In this document: one piece after another, positions 24,546 through 39,592 of the stretch | How positions within the stretch are numbered: position 1 is the stretch's first letter | Layout: each line of letters begins with the position of its first letter | Assembly: GCF_006345805.1 (NCBI RefSeq) | Contig: NC_043004.1 | Location: 77,066,001-77,130,000 of the forward strand | DNA length: 64,000 nt | Reading direction: 5' to 3' | DNA from: Octopus sinensis | Taxonomy: Eukaryota | Notes under the pieces: model-generated | What the model saw: the letters and a program-made list of their open reading frames with translations, nothing else | The model's database searches: none | Told to the model about the DNA's origin: nothing | Made by a program: the position numbers and the translations under genes

Positions 24546-27417
24546 ACAAAGATATGTACACATACACTACTTTCAGTTTCCATCTGTCAAATCCACTGAC
24601 AAAGCTTTGGTTGCCCCGTGGCTACAATAGAAGACACCTTCCCAAGGTGTCTGGAACTGAAACCGGAACTATGTGGTTGGGAAGCAAACTTCTTGCCACA
24701 CAGCTATACCCGAACCTTATAGAGAAAGAATAAGGAAATATCGATGTAGGTTTTAAAAACACATTTTAATGTAATTTTAATAAAACGACATGATTCTCAT
24801 GGACTTTCGTTAACGCATGGCCGGAGCAATGTGTTCATGACCAGACTACAGTTTATTCGTATGTGCGAACATAAGTGTTCCAATTGCTACTTGACAAACA
24901 TTGCGTGTTCAATGTCAACAACGTCTATTATAGTCTATGTTTCATTCTCTATTTTGTTCTTTCTCTTTTGTTTTGTTTTTTTTTAGTTATTATTCTTCAT
25001 TTTTTTTTCATCATTTAATATTAAATGCGCGTTCTTTTAACAACCGCTTTGCACTATTTCATCTTATAGCTGTCTGCTTTAAATTTTTTTCCGTGAGTTG
25101 GAAAAACATGAAGCGCCTTTGTTTCCTCATAACTTTGAGAAAAATGTATATTTCTTGATGAAATTTTCAGAGTGTGTAGATTACGATTATATGGGAATTT
25201 AAGATGGAAGAAATTGGTGGGCTAGCACATATACATGCTGACACACATCACATATATCTACAAAATGAAACTTGAAATTTCGAAGAAAATTCGTGAAGTG
25301 TGTCAGTATGTATGTGTGCGTACTCATCATTTTCCTTTTCACATCAAATTCCACTATAATTGTAATTTAAACAAAATGAAGAGTATTTGTAGAAAAAGCT
25401 TCCCATTTTCCCGAAAGTTATCAGGAAACAAAACCGATGCGCGTAAATTTTCTGAAACTCCCCTCCAGCAACCGGAAAGTTATTTCATTCCGATATAATC
25501 GGAATCTTCACCGTTTGAAGCGTATTTGTAGAAAATTTCATTTTAAAATACCCATTTTTCTAGAAGTTATGAGGAAACAAAATCGATGGGGTACATTTGT
25601 GTATAGACGCCCATTGCTTTAGCTTAAATAATGCTAAGATTACATTGTTATTATTTATCTTCGTACCGGTTTGCATCACTTCTCTCTCATTTTCTATGTA
25701 AAGATCTTTCATTATATAACTCAATGTTTTATATAAGCAAACAATACACTTCTTTCGTTCTGTATGCATCAAATGGGTGTCTATAATGTGTACGTGATGT
25801 GCTCAGTTTTTCTCAGCACGCAAACGTAGATAGGATGACATACCTACACAATTGTGCCCCACTGACTTTCTTTCTTCACAACTTCCAGAAAAAATGGTTA
25901 TTTTTTAATGAAATTTTCCACAAATATACTTCAGATGGTATAAATTCCGAATTTGCTGTAATAAAGAAAACCCAATTGGGTTTTTTTTTCATATTGAATT
26001 CCAACATAATTAGAATCTTTACACTCTGAAAGATATTTGTTGAAAATTTCTATAACAAATACACATTTTTCTCAGAGTTATGAGGAAACAAAAGCTGACA
26101 TGTGAATTTTCCAAAACACCAACAAACACCCCCACCTCACTCCCACTCACGGAAAAATTTCTTTCACAACAAATTCCAATATAATCAGAATCTACGTCAC
26201 TTGAAGCGTATTTGTTGAAAATTTGCTGAAAAGTCGCAGAGTGGGCACACTTGTATAGATATACCAATAGCATAGTGGTATTCATGATGATAGTGTTTTT
26301 AAAAAGAAATACTAACTGTATTAAACATGCATCGAAGCGTGAATATAAATATATTAAAATTTATTTGCAGCATTTAGGTAGTGATTTTTCATTGCTTTAT
26401 AAATGCACTTTCTTTTAATATAACGGCATTGCATCTTGTAGCTCTTTTTTACGCTTTTCATTATTGACGTTCGAGTTTGCTTCATTGTCGCATGTCTTGC
26501 CTGCATTCTTCCCACACGCATGTCATATGTATACTTATGCATATACACTATTGGAATATATGATACAATAATGTCAAATCAATGTAAAATATGCTATCTT
26601 AAAGATAGCGTGTTCGCACTATTTCCATATATTAATACAACGTTACCAATTATATACCATGAAGAATAATATTTCTGTTGGTGAATTATAAACCTGGAAG
26701 TGCATGTAATTAGAACAGAACAGGATTGAACTCCACAACATCTTACCATGTCAGTTAGCTTCTTTTCTTTTTTTTTTCATGTTTCTGTAACCACTGCACA
26801 ATGATACATAATTTAAAGAAGAAACTCATCTTCTAAATCAATATTACATCACTCCAAAATCATATTAATGTAAGAGAATGGGAATTTTTTTTTTTTTGGG
26901 GGGGGGTCAGGTAGTTGAAATTTGAATGACAATTTTGTGAGTTACGAGGTTGTCGTCTAGATGCTACCAAAAGGATATAGAACTTATATATTGTCCTGTG
27001 TTCCAGGCAAAGGCACAAACCTATTAACAGCTCAGTCAATCTAACGATCTAGTTGTGGCCCATAAATATATTTTGCAGACAGAGTAAACGAGAACTACGT
27101 AACGGACAACTTTTTTGCTTATCTGTAATTGCTAGATAAAATATCCCATAATCAGAAGTGGAATATTCTGGAAATCAATCAAAGCTAAGCTGGGATATAT
27201 TCCAACATATTTCGCTCAGTGCACAGCCCTGTTCTAGATCAAATGTGTCACATTAATAATTATGATGAATAAATATTGAAATGAAATTTAAGCAACAGTC
27301 TTACTCCTATTCCCCGCCCACACACACTCGCACGCACACACACACACACACACACACAAATAAATACAATCAAATAACATTTATCTTATTTATTTACTTA
27401 TTTATTTTTCATAATAG

Positions 27418-27478
27418 GTTTTCCATTCACATTTCTTATTCCCTGGATTTTTGCACGTATATATTATGACAACACACT
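27418..27478 (+). CDS. Class B1 GPCR exon, TM4-ECL2: CFPFTFLIPWIFARIYYDNTL
   Basis: Completes GWxxP...W; aatAG / GTAAGT; phase 1-2, 61 nt. Confidence 0.92.
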
Positions 27479-28762
27479 GTAAGTAGCATTTCATATTTCA
27501 TTTCTTGTATCATTGTACTAACCAAATAGTTTTCAGCAGTGACCATCCCTTCTTTTTTGAAATCAGAGAATACATTATCCAATATATCCTTTCGTTTAAG
27601 AAAACAAGATATGACTTGAGGACGGTTTTGCTGCTATTTCTACGAGGTCGAGTACGGTGGTCTTACATGAGTGATCTTACATGGTCTAATTCTGTTAGTA
27701 GACGATAAATGAAATAGTGTTACATAATTTTGTCAAAATTATTAGCAGTATAAGTGAAATGGTTTCAACTTAGCCGTATCTTAATGCCACAAGTCATAAC
27801 TTAACAGGCAAGTGCATAGGAATACTGCGTTCCTTTTTGTTCATTGACAAACAACTGACAAAAGGAGTATTGCCGGGTCAACGCTGTTGTTACACACAGA
27901 CACGCCAAAAAAAAAAAGAGACTAATTGATATCTAGTGACTCACAAAGGTCTAAGGTTCTGGCCCACAGACGTGACGACCCCTATGTCTTGTCTAGGATT
28001 GCCCTCTGCTTCTCATCACCTGCATTAACCGCTATACCAACTCCTTTCTTCCCAGAATGCCAACTCACTGGGGCTCCTTTCCTTTCCTCTTCAAGCCTCT
28101 TCTGCCAGTACCGAATTGCAACACTTTAAATTGAACGTTAACAGCATGTCTCATCTGTCAGCGATGGACTGCGAAGATTATAAGCACTGCCCCTTCCTTC
28201 AGATCCAGCAAGAAAAAAAGAAATGTGAAGTGATAATTTATGCCCAAATTCCTTGACTATATTGTTGATATCCATGTTTTCTCTGTTTCAATATAATAAT
28301 AATGAGAAGAAGAAGAAGAAGAAGAAGAAGAAGAAGAAGAAGAAGAAGAAGAAGAAGAAGAAGAAGAAGAAGAAGAAGATTCACATAGATTCTTGCCAAG
28401 TGAATAGAATGCGCTTCACTAAAGAGGATTAATAAGCCACCATTTGGCTTTAAAGAGCAGATCAAGTTTAATCTACATTGGACATATCCAACAATTTCGA
28501 TCAATTATTCTTGTTGCTGGAATTATCTCCCTTGTTTTGTTTTTTTTTTGTAATTTGATTCTAAACACACGCTGGAGTTTTTGTCTACGAATTGCTTTGA
28601 TAATATTAGTTGATCGAAATTTTTGGGATTCGCTGTATTATTTATATGGAGTCAAACCGTATTTTTCGTTTGTGGTCGATAAAATATACACCAGTAAAAG
28701 CAATTGATAAATTTAATCAATTCTCATCCACTACTCAACCCATATTTATCTTTTATTGATAG

Positions 28763-28832
28763 ATGCTGGAGTGTGAATATGCACTGGAGTTATTTATGGA
28801 TTATACGCGGTCCTATTACATTGACCATCATT
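28763..28832 (+). CDS. Class B1 GPCR exon, ECL2-TM5: CWSVNMHWSYLWIIRGPITLTII
   Basis: ECL2 CW and WIIxxP motifs; gatAG / GTGAGT; phase 2-0. Confidence 0.95.
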
Positions 28833-28854
28833 GTGAGTAGCGTTAAAGTTTCAG

Positions 28855-29272
28855 AGATCTTTTCGGTTTGAACGGCAGTTTTTAAAAATAATTTCCACGT
28901 AACTAAACACTTTTAAACTTCGTATACTGGTAGAATGTGTTTATAAAACATCTTTTTCTCTTGGCTTTATTGAGAAAATTCTATGGTTTGTAAGATATTT
29001 GTTGTTTTTGTTCTCATCAATTTCTGCAATTTCAACAAATCAATGACGTCTATTGAGGTGAAAACATTCTGTGCCGTATGAAAATGTCCCTTGTTTAAGA
29101 AACAGATTGGGTTTATTTACATTTGTGAAGAAAAAAAGATACCCCTCTCCCACCCCTAACCCTAACCCTAAAATAGATTGAAATGCAATAGATCGATACT
29201 AGGGTCATAATTATGGGTGACAATTTCATATGACACCGCTAGAAAAAACTGCCGTTCAAACCGAAAAGATCT
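28855..29272. mobile_element. MITE with ~28-bp TIR and internal (CCCTAA)n, 22 nt downstream of a GPCR donor site
   Basis: TIR AGATCTTTTCGGTTTGAACGGCAGTTTT at both ends; related copy at 54552. Confidence 0.85.
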
Positions 29273-29737
29273 AGTTTAAGTTTTTCTAGACACAAAGTTT
29301 TGTATTTTTAACGAAACAAGGAAGAAACTGTACCCTTCCAAAACAAAGGTTGCAGTGAATAGATGACAATAAGGGGACACGATGCTTTTCTCACTGTATC
29401 ATGATTTCTGCAATCATAAAACTCAATTTCATAACCCAATTAATCGTTGGATCACCACTAAACACTTCTTTTGTTCTTGTTGTTATGATAAAGTCGGCTC
29501 CTGTATCAATATCGAATTTACTTTTAGAAATAGGAATATGAAAGTAAACGTTAAAGTTTGATCAATATATAGATTTTAAAGTCTTGAAAACATGAACTAT
29601 GGGTAACTGAAATTTGATGTAAGCATGCAATTGGTTAAACTGTACATTAATACAAACTACAACTAAATGTTTACTAAAATTATGATTAATCATCTATTCT
29701 ACTAGCGTATTTACTGAATCTTTTCTCTGTTTTTCAG

Positions 29738-29817
29738 ATAAATTTTCTATTTTTCCTTGACAACATTCGGGTTTTACGAGATAGGACTCGAGCCCGAGGC
29801 AACAGCCGTACTTTCAG
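29738..29817 (+). CDS. Class B1 GPCR exon, TM5-ICL3: INFLFFLDNIRVLRDRTRARGNSRTFR
   Basis: INFxFFxxxxRVL motif; tttcAG / GTAAAT; phase 0-2. Confidence 0.93.
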
Positions 29818-31249
29818 GTAAATGTAAGTAGTTCGTTCCGTATCAAAACTGCGTCATAGTCATCATCATTGCCATCATCTGTATCATTATGAAGTGGAGC
29901 ATCATCATCATCATCATTGCCATCATCAGCATCATAATGACTCTTAAAATCTTCACGTGTAATCATTGTTGGAAAACAGTGAGATCATTTCAGAGATCAT
30001 GTGTATAACTTGTGATAATCTGTTGCTTTATCCTTGTCTCAGTCATTGGACAGCGGCTGGGGCACTGCTTCGAAAGGTTTAGTCGAACAAATCGATCCTA
30101 GAACATATTTTTTCTAAAGCCTGGTACTTAATCTATCTCACCCTTTTGCCGAATGCAGTGATCAGTAAAGCCATAGTAGTGCTACGGCAATTTCAGTCAA
30201 TTAAAGCTGGCTGCGGATAAATACACGGCAGCTTTCACCCAGCTGTATTGTGAGCCATTTTCAATTTAGTCAGCGTAAGGACTTGGGACGACCAACACAG
30301 AATTTTCATCATTGTGAACGGCTCCTAGTTTCTCACTTCAACTTAGCGTCCTGGACACCTTTTACCATCCACTTCTCTCAACACAATACCATGAATAATT
30401 CTTTCTCATTCCAGCTAGCACAGACCAACTTATCACTGCTTACGACTTCTCATTCATGCCTACGTAAGTTATTTCGGCTTCCCGGACTCACATGCATACG
30501 CATACCTACATACCCAACATAGACATACAGGCCTCAACTCTCACTACTTGTCTGCAGTTGGACACTTATCATTGTTATAATTTGCCAGTACACATTGGGT
30601 TTGTAGTGGGAATATATATTCAGTACGAGGTGTTGATATGGCTGCGTGTATATTATTACAAGAGTTTATAGAGATGAAGAATAAATTCAAGACCTATATA
30701 TTTTCTATATAAAAATATGTTTTATTTACTGGTCGATGAGGATACTTAATCAAAATGTAGAATCTAGTTGAACGAAGAAATCTATGCAAGAAAGTTCAGA
30801 ATTAGAAAATGTAGAAATAACAGCCAAATGGTGGTTTTCAGTCATGTGGCGTAGAGAAATAGACAGACATAGCAATGACGTGAATGGCTCTAAGTCTAAT
30901 CAACTAAGAAGCGAAGAGCAGGGTTAGCAAACTGTTTTTTATTAATGAAATGCTAGACATTCTAGAAACTTCCAAGAGAAACGCTAAGTTTCTTGAATAA
31001 TTACGAATCACGTCTCATGACACAGATGCTTCGAGAAACTTAGAAAAGGGAGATCATTCAGCTATTTAGCCACCGCTACACATCCATCACCAACGCTCTG
31101 GACTATTACTGATAAATCTATTTTGTATATCTATAAATGGGTACAAGAGAACGCGCACACGCACACATACACAAACACACGTGCACGCACGCACACATAT
31201 ACGCGCATACACATATATATATACATACATATATGTGTGTGTGAATGTA

Positions 31250-31506
<257 letters not shown>

Positions 31507-31539
31507 TGAAAATTTCCGCATACATAACCATCCCATAAG

Positions 31540-32520
31540 ATTACTCCGGAAGATGGGAATAATAAGCGGTAGCCAACAAGTAGCAGAGGAGCCTTTATGA
31601 AAGCACTCTGAGCCATCTGCTCTAAACAAATTAAAAGTGGTTGTGTAGTAAGATGCTTTGCAGCCGAGTGTTTTCGATGAATAACACTGTGAACTTCAAA
31701 TATATATGGAGTTGCTTCCTCGAAATATGCCGTAATACCTTCTCGATTACGGCCTATCATAACTGGTGCGCCATCTGTTGCGCATTCAATAATATTTGTG
31801 AGAGGAATGTTCAAGAAAATTTCATTAAGAAAATTTTCAAGAATCTTAAAAATTGTAGAAACATTTGCGTCAAGTACCATTTTTTTCATCAATATTTCCA
31901 GTTTGAATGTACATAACGGATGTAGGCCATCAGCAAAGATTCATTGTCACATTAAGTCAACTTGTAAAGAAAATTTTCGTTTTATAAAGCATCACATAGT
32001 TTACTCTCTACAGCTTCAGTCATATCATCTATGCTTGCTGCTACTGTACTATTGCTGAGATGAATTGGCGCTGTTATTGCCCTTTTAATCGGGCAAATCA
32101 TAGTACGCAAAACTTTATTTATAGCTAGTAAGAGAAGAGTTTCGCCAATAGTATGCGTTTTTACACATTGCGCAATTAATTTTGAAAGCTTATAATACAT
32201 AACCAGCCCCTTCTGTAGTTGCCTAGTTTGTTTCGTAAACAACACTTTGAGAGTAAGAGGGGTTTTAAAATCATTTTTCATTTGATGAAAGTAGTCCTTT
32301 TCTCACTTAATCAGGATGCAATTTTTGTAAATGTTCCATCATTCTTGAAGACGTCATTGCTTCATTTTGAAAACGTATTTTTTTCTTTGTTTGTTTTTTT
32401 CACATATTACACATAGTGGCAATTGCTCATTATTCATAGATGGAATAGGTCCATATTTCAAATATTCACTCGAGTATTGATGACTTTGTTTTCCCACACA
32501 TTCTAAAGTTTTAAAAGGGT
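31540..32520 (-). pseudogene. Decayed hAT (Buster/ZBED5-like) transposase
   Basis: HQYSSEYLKYG...PLCVICEK, LSNSTVAASIDDM and CATDGAPVMIG...VHSVIHRKH motifs. Confidence 0.85.
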
Positions 32521-32569
32521 TATGTATACAGTAACTGTATACAATTACATCACTAAACAAAATACAATA

Positions 32570-32760
32570 GCACGCCGAGCAAAATGTTTTGCGGCATTTC
32601 ATCCGTCTTAATATTTTGAGTTCAAATTCCGCCGAGGTCACCTTCGTCTTCTAACTTTTCAGGTCGAAAAAGTAAGTACCAGTTGATCGCTGGAGTCGAT
32701 GTAATCAACTTACCTTCTCCTACGAATTCACTGGCCTTTTGTCAAAATTTGAAACTAATA
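32570..32760 (+). mobile_element. OK-like SINE
   Basis: TAGCACGCCGAGCAAAATG...GAGTTCAAATTCCGCCGAGGTC. Confidence 0.8.
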
Positions 32761-32827
32761 TTACTGTCTTCTTCAAGTCTTCGGGAAATATACGCATGTA
32801 TGGTCCTCTTTTTGATATGCTGAGCGT

Positions 32828-33675
32828 TTCACACAACGAGAGATTACTACGGGACAAAATACCAAAAGAAGTCTAATCCCTCCTCAGTTGTCGACTGTGA
32901 TATTACTCCCTGTTAGTCCAGTTGTTATGGTGGTTGTATAGGACATCATCAGGAAGAGAATGCTTCCTGAGGAGCTCGCTGTCGACACACAGGGCACTGT
33001 TTTCTTCAATTTTCAACATTAAGTTTTGTCTGAGTGAGAATATACGACATTCGATGGTTGTATGTAAGTAAGTATGTAATAAAATAAAGGAAAAACACAC
33101 ATTAAGAACACAACATCGCCAACGAGTGCAAAATACGTAAACACACAACCCGAGATAACTACGGGGCAAAATACCAAATGAAGCCTAACCCCTCCTCAGT
33201 TGTCGACAAGAAAACTTCATAAGACGGCAGCACCCAGAAATTTTTAAAATCTAAAATTTGTGGAGGGTTAGGGCTTCGAACGAACAAACGATACAAGAGT
33301 AGACATATGGAAGTAAACGATCGACGACGACAGACATTTAGGGCCGTTAGGCCAAGACTAATTGTAATGGGTAACGCCTGGGAGAAATTTCATAAAAGGA
33401 TATGGAATAAATAGTAGAAGAAAAAAGATCGAGAGGCGAGGGAAATGACGTCCGGCTAGCTGGCCGTCGAATCCTGAAAAGACAGAGAGACAAGAAAAAT
33501 GACCCTGTAGTCACGTGTGAGCAATAGGCAGAGGGGAAGGAGGACAAGAGAGAGGATGAGGGAAAGAAACAAAGGGAGTGAAAAATTTTAGATACTGCTG
33601 TCGACAGTCGACAACTGAGGAGTATCTAGACTTCTTTTGGTATTTTGTCCCGTCCTTATCTCTCGTTGTGTGTTT
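32828..33675. repeat. Unclassified element with a ~65-bp unit in two direct copies (32828, 33143) and one inverted copy (33611)
   Basis: The unit ends CCTCCTCAGTTGTCGAC; its interior is similar to 47620-48055 in the opposite orientation. Confidence 0.6.
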
Positions 33676-33801
33676 CTGTATTTTTCACTCGTTGGTGATG
33701 CCCTGTTCTTAATGTGTATTTTTCATTTATTCTATTTAATGACTTCAGCCTTTGTTAACTATATGCATGTATGTATACATAATAATAACGATGGATAAAT
33801 T

Positions 33802-33850
<49 letters not shown>

Positions 33851-33878
33851 GTAGATAGATAGATAGATAGATAGATAG

Positions 33879-33956
<78 letters not shown>

Positions 33957-33995
33957 GTGTTGACACAAATACATACAAACATATATGCATGAATA

Positions 33996-34294
33996 TCACC
34001 GTGATCACCGCGATCGACCAGGCTATCAGATGTTGCTACACATCGCTGGTCACAATGCGCTTCGCATTGTTTTAGCCTTCAAATGACGCCACCCCGCTGG
34101 CTAAGCGAGCAGGCCAACAGAAGAAAGAGTGAGAGAAAGTTGTGGCGAAAGAGTACAGCAGGGATCGCCACCCACCCCCCTGCCGGAGCCTCGTGGAGCT
34201 TTAGGTGTTTTCGCTCAATAAACACTCACAACGCCCGGTTTGGGAATCGAAACCGCGAGTCCGCTGCCCTAACCACTAGGCCATAGCGCCTCCA
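33996..34294 (-). mobile_element. tRNA-derived SINE, head shared with the 39593 element, tail type B
   Basis: The minus strand begins TGGAGGCGCTATGGCCTAGTGGTTAGGGCAGCGGACTC. Confidence 0.85.
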
Positions 34295-34302
34295 GCATGC
34301 AT

Positions 34303-34362
<60 letters not shown>

Positions 34363-34405
34363 ATATATGCACACACACATGCACATAAACATGTCATTTA
34401 GTATA

Positions 34406-35681
34406 TGTGGTGTGTTCATTAAAGATTTCCTCTGACCCACTTTCGGCTATTGTAGGACACAGAACTTGTACAGGTATCATTATACATGTCTCAACATGCC
34501 ACATTGTAAATTGTAGCTTTCCACTAGAATTCGTTTGTCATTTACGGCTGTTGAAGTGGACTTGGGTGTTATAATAGAGGAAGTTGAATGCAGATCAGTG
34601 ATCAAGTTATTATACTTGAAAGCTCGTACACCGTAATATAACTTTCTATGGGATGAAAAAGGTTTATGGTGAGGATGCACCATCATACGACGTAGTCAAG
34701 CACTGGCATCGCCAGTTCAAAATGGTCGGACATCAGTGGAAACTGTTCCTATTCCTGGACGACCACATTCCGCCGTTGATGACGACACCATCCATAAAGT
34801 GGAAGCCACTATGTTAGAGGATCGCCGCATAACTATTCGGCAGCTAGCCTAAGAAGTAAAGATAAGTGTAGGGTCCGTGGAACAAATCATTCACGACCAT
34901 TTGCACATGCGGAAGTTGTCTGCACGATGGATTCCTCGGATGCTCACACCTTTCAGGAGCAGGAACGAGTCAATTGCTCCTCCCAGGCTCTATTGACAAT
35001 GTGCCAAGAAAACGAGGAATTTTTCGGCAGACTTATCACACAGGCCATTACTATGATCCTGAGACTAGAGTCCAGTTGAAGCAATGGAAACATAAAATCT
35101 CACCACCTCCAAAGAAGGCTCGTATCCAACCTTCAGCAGGCAAGGTGAAGCTCACAGTTTTGGGGGACCAGCGCAGAGTAGTGAGGATGGATTTTCTGGC
35201 AAAGGGCACCACAATTAACAGAGCATACTATGCTTCTCTGGTGCAGAAATTATCGGATGCCATTAAAGCAGAAAGGCGTGTTATGCTGACGAAAGGAGTT
35301 TGCTTCCACCAAGACAATGGCCCAGTTCACAATGCGCATGTTGCCCAGATGAAAGCTCTCTCCTGCGACTATGAAATCCTTCCTCAACCCCCCTTACTCT
35401 CTCGATCTTGCACCATCTGACTTCTACCACTTTCCAACCATGAAGTCTTTTTCGAAGGGGAAGCACTTTTCGGATGATGATGAACTTATTTCTGAGGTAA
35501 AGTCTTGGCTCAAGACACAACCTACCAAGTTCTAGAGATGAGGTCTTCACAGCTTCATAAAGCAAAGGGAGAATTGTGTCACCCTTGGTGGTGGCTATGT
35601 AGAGAAGAACTAATAATTATGCCAAGTTTCGTTTATCCCAGTCCTTGTGGGTCAGGGGAAATCTTTAATGAACACCCCTCG
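34406..35681 (+). mobile_element. Full-length decayed mariner (D,D34D-type) element, 1276 bp
   Basis: ~30-bp TIRs (GTGTTCATTAAAGATTTCC), TA at both flanks; WIPRML, YDPET, FHQDNGPVH and SxDLAPSDF motifs; frameshifts. Confidence 0.92.
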
Positions 35682-37333
35682 TATATATGCGTATGTGAGT
35701 GAGTATGTGTACTGAATGAGTTACGCAAAACATATTAATGAAGTGAAACGTTCCTTTTAGTTAGAGAAAGAAAACGAAAACACATTTGCGACTCGGAGGG
35801 AAAGGAAAAGTAATTTCAATTAATTAAGAATTTTTGCAAAAATAATTCATTCTCGTCCTTAGGGGAAATACAAGTATTTTTAGAAGGAATATTACTAAGA
35901 AATTTATTCTATTCTAATGCATTTAGATTTGTGTTGCAATACAGCAACTATATTTAATAATAATATTTACGTGTATACTGCATTTTTGTGTATGTGGATC
36001 AATCTACGTATGCATGGGTGCATGCATGTATTTATACGTATATATATATATGTGTTCTCAAGTACAATGCGATCTCACATATAACGCTTTGGGCATTATA
36101 CTCTAAGACACCAGCGTAAGATCGCTGTAAATTTAAAGCACATAAAACATTTGATTCTTTAAATACCTGCATCCACTTTTCTTGATTAGCTTCTCCTCTG
36201 AGTCCTATTCTATCCACTTTTAACAAAGAGTTAAAGAATGCTTTCTGCAAAGTCTCCGGATACTACTCGTGAAAATCTGAAAGCTTGTCTAACGTATTAT
36301 TTCTCATCTTTTCACACTATCTGCTGGTGAAACTTTATACCAAGAGTTGTTACAATACAGAAGTCATCTCACTTGTCTTCTCGACATTCAGTTAATTCCT
36401 TTGCCAGGTATGAATAGTGAGCTTGTCTTCCCATTAGAGATATTTATATTGTTTGACATTTTCTATAGTTGGGTTTTGTTCTTTGTTCATAAAAACATCA
36501 AAGTTTCTTGAAGCTGCAGAGCTTCAATTAATTTTGCCCTGTGATCAATGTTTCTTTTATCCAAACTTTGATTGTAAAAGTGTACTGAATATGAATTTCG
36601 CTAGTAATATACGTTAGAAATGTAACTTTCGTGCTCTAAACTATAACCATTTAAATTAAATAGTAGTGTGTGAAACCACACGTTATTAATGTGCTAATGG
36701 AATTAGCATTTACTATTGGATCTATTCCCTATGCATGCGTTTTCCGGTTGTCGCTGGCAATGAAGTGCATGAATCTAGTCGTTACTTGTCCCGGGGCTAC
36801 CGTCTACGGTAGTTCTTTTCACAGATTTGTTGAATTTTCAGGTTCGAGTATGATGCTGTATTAATTTTCAATATAATTTCTTTTTATCAAAATTCTTGCA
36901 TGATCCACGAGTAAATATTATATCTGTGGTTAAATGCCAATTCAGAAATAGAACCGGAATGCTAATCTGGACACTGAGTCGAAAATGTCTCGCAATGTGT
37001 ACTACACAAGGCATATTACTGAGTATAATCACGTATGTATACATCTGCACGCACGCACACACATGCGCACACACAAACACATATACACACATTCGTTTAT
37101 ATATGTGTGTGTGTATGTGTGTGTGTGTGTTTGTGCGTGCGTATGCGTGTGTGTGATTAATAAAGAATCTCGTGAATTCCATTTTCTCTTTCTCTCATTT
37201 GTTAAATACTCTATGGTCTCTGAGAAATTCCTGAAGTAGATCCAGTGACATTTATATCCTTACTGTTGATAACATCGGGTAGCCGTAGACAGGGAAAGCT
37301 CTTTAATTGGCATACTACCTAGTGTATACTCAA

Positions 37334-37376
<43 letters not shown>

Positions 37377-37420
37377 ATATACACACACAAGCACATTGAT
37401 GCACACATATGTATGTATGC

Positions 37421-37453
<33 letters not shown>

Positions 37454-38554
37454 TGTATGTATGTATGTATGTATGTATGTATGTATGTATGCATGTTTGT
37501 ATACTCATCCGTGTTTTAGCCCAGCATCAATTAATTAATAGAATTATATCCTTTATCCGTTTTCTTTTCCAGATATTTTCTATGGATTCGGAAGTGTCAA
37601 ATTTGAATGCAAACCATGGCCTTGAGTTAAGTTAAGTTAAATAGCATATTTTTCATTATCTCCCTTCGATCGTAAGTATTGATTTACAGCATAAAATATA
37701 AGGATGGGTACACTTGATTAAATCGTTCCTCCTACTTTGCTGGTAAATATTTTATTGACGCCAGAAGGAAGAACGTCTAAGACATTGAAGAAATTGGAAG
37801 AGAATTGCAGAAAGGCTGGGTGCGTTTTGTTACTTGTTCTCTTTATTCTGCTGAATCTATATAAGTATTGTTAAGAGTGCCTGAAGGAATGTGTTCTTTG
37901 ATTTGATATTGTCTCTTAAATACAAACCAGTTTGAACATATATGTACAATTTCCTGCTTTCCAGAATATTCCTCAGTTCGTATAAACTATTTATATAAAT
38001 GTTATCATTTCTCGTCTTATACTGAAATTTCATCAGTATTCAATGATGCTTTTGAAACATTAGCTGCTCATGTGCAGCCTTCAGTAGAACATAATTATTA
38101 ATACAAAGACATGTTTTCCTTTTTTTACGGTTTAAAACAGTGTCTTAGGGCAAAAAATTGCAGATTAAATAAATATAACTTTTTGTATTTATATGCACCT
38201 CCTACCGAGATCGATCTTTCAGGACCAGTCATATATTGATCGACTAAATAGTTCCCCAAGATTTGTTAATAATCGTTATCATGCAGAGGGCTAAGATGAT
38301 GAAAAGCAGATTCGATCAAGTGTCGGACAAAATACCTCAAGTTAATTAGTCTGTTAGTTTAGGTTCTGTATTGGCTTTTCTTTAGTCCTTCACTGATAGA
38401 AAGAAATTTCTATCTGTCAAGTATCGGAGCCAATTGAATTGAGTATTCACTCCGTAATTTTTAGTATTGTCTTAAATGTTAGAAATTGTTATTTTGAGGT
38501 TGACTGGATTGTAAAACAGGAGAGCATCGGACTAACTGCCTCGTGATATTTTAT

Positions 38555-38787
38555 ACCTATTTCTTTACTACCCACAAGGGGCTAAACACAGGGAGGACAA
38601 AAAAGGACAGACAAACGGATTAAGTCGATTATATCGACCCCAGTGCGAACTGGTACTTAATTTATCGATCCCGAAAGGATGAAAGGCAAAGTCGACCTCG
38701 GCGGAATTTGAACTCAGAACGTAGCGACAGACGAAATACTGCTGAGCATTTCGTTCGGCGTGCTAATGTTTCTGCCAGCTCGCCGCC
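38555..38787 (-). mobile_element. OK-like SINE, full length
   Basis: Reverse complement of the 4199 copy. Confidence 0.88.
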
Positions 38788-39592
38788 TTATTTTATATTT
38801 TATACCATCTCACTGGTGTGAACTTTGTTCTTTTCTCTATTAAAGTCAACAAAATATATGCCTTGCATGCACTGTAGTCAGCTTAATCAATAACACCCTT
38901 CCTCTGAAGACAAAAAGGAATTACTTTATTCAACTTTCTAAATAGGCCTCTCGACTGATCAGCATATATATGTATCTTACTCAGATACTCAAACTTCTGG
39001 CTCATAGATTCACTTCACAATCTATTGCTATAATGCTGCAATATTGTCGCAACACAGCTTTCTGCTCCTATGAACAGCTATTTGCTTTCATGACACCGAA
39101 ACATTCCAGGCTCACTTGCTTTTCTTCCTGTCATAACTTGTATTATGTCCCATCTTCACATCCCATAGTAACCATTATGCAGTGCTCCGCGAACAATGGT
39201 CGCCTAAAAACCATCCTTGCACACATTGTTCCCTGCAGCCGCCAAATTCTAACTGTTCAAAAGAAACGTTAACTACGTGAATCCCATTGGTGTGGAAAGG
39301 CCTCCAAAAGCCTTTGGTACAGACTTCCCTCTCAAACAGTCTAATATGGAAATTAGCATGAAATAAGCTCCCGGCAATCTACAATCTACTTTCAGTTCCC
39401 GGTTAAAATAAAATGTTTTTACGTACATTATTAATGAAGTTGAGAAAGACAACGGCATAATTTCTTTCGTTTTTTAATGTAATTTATGATTTTATCCACT
39501 AAATAAGAAAATATTATAAACTGAATATGTGAATAGTGATGGGGGTCTCCATGATATCGTTTCCATTCTAAGCAAGAACTACTTCATTTGAG

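Noticed and set aside
28238-28504. Poly-Leu membrane protein ORF
   Set aside because: It is the translation of the (AAG)n microsatellite.
29150-29172. Interstitial telomere
   Set aside because: Only a few CCCTAA units, embedded in a MITE that recurs at 54.6-55.0 kb.
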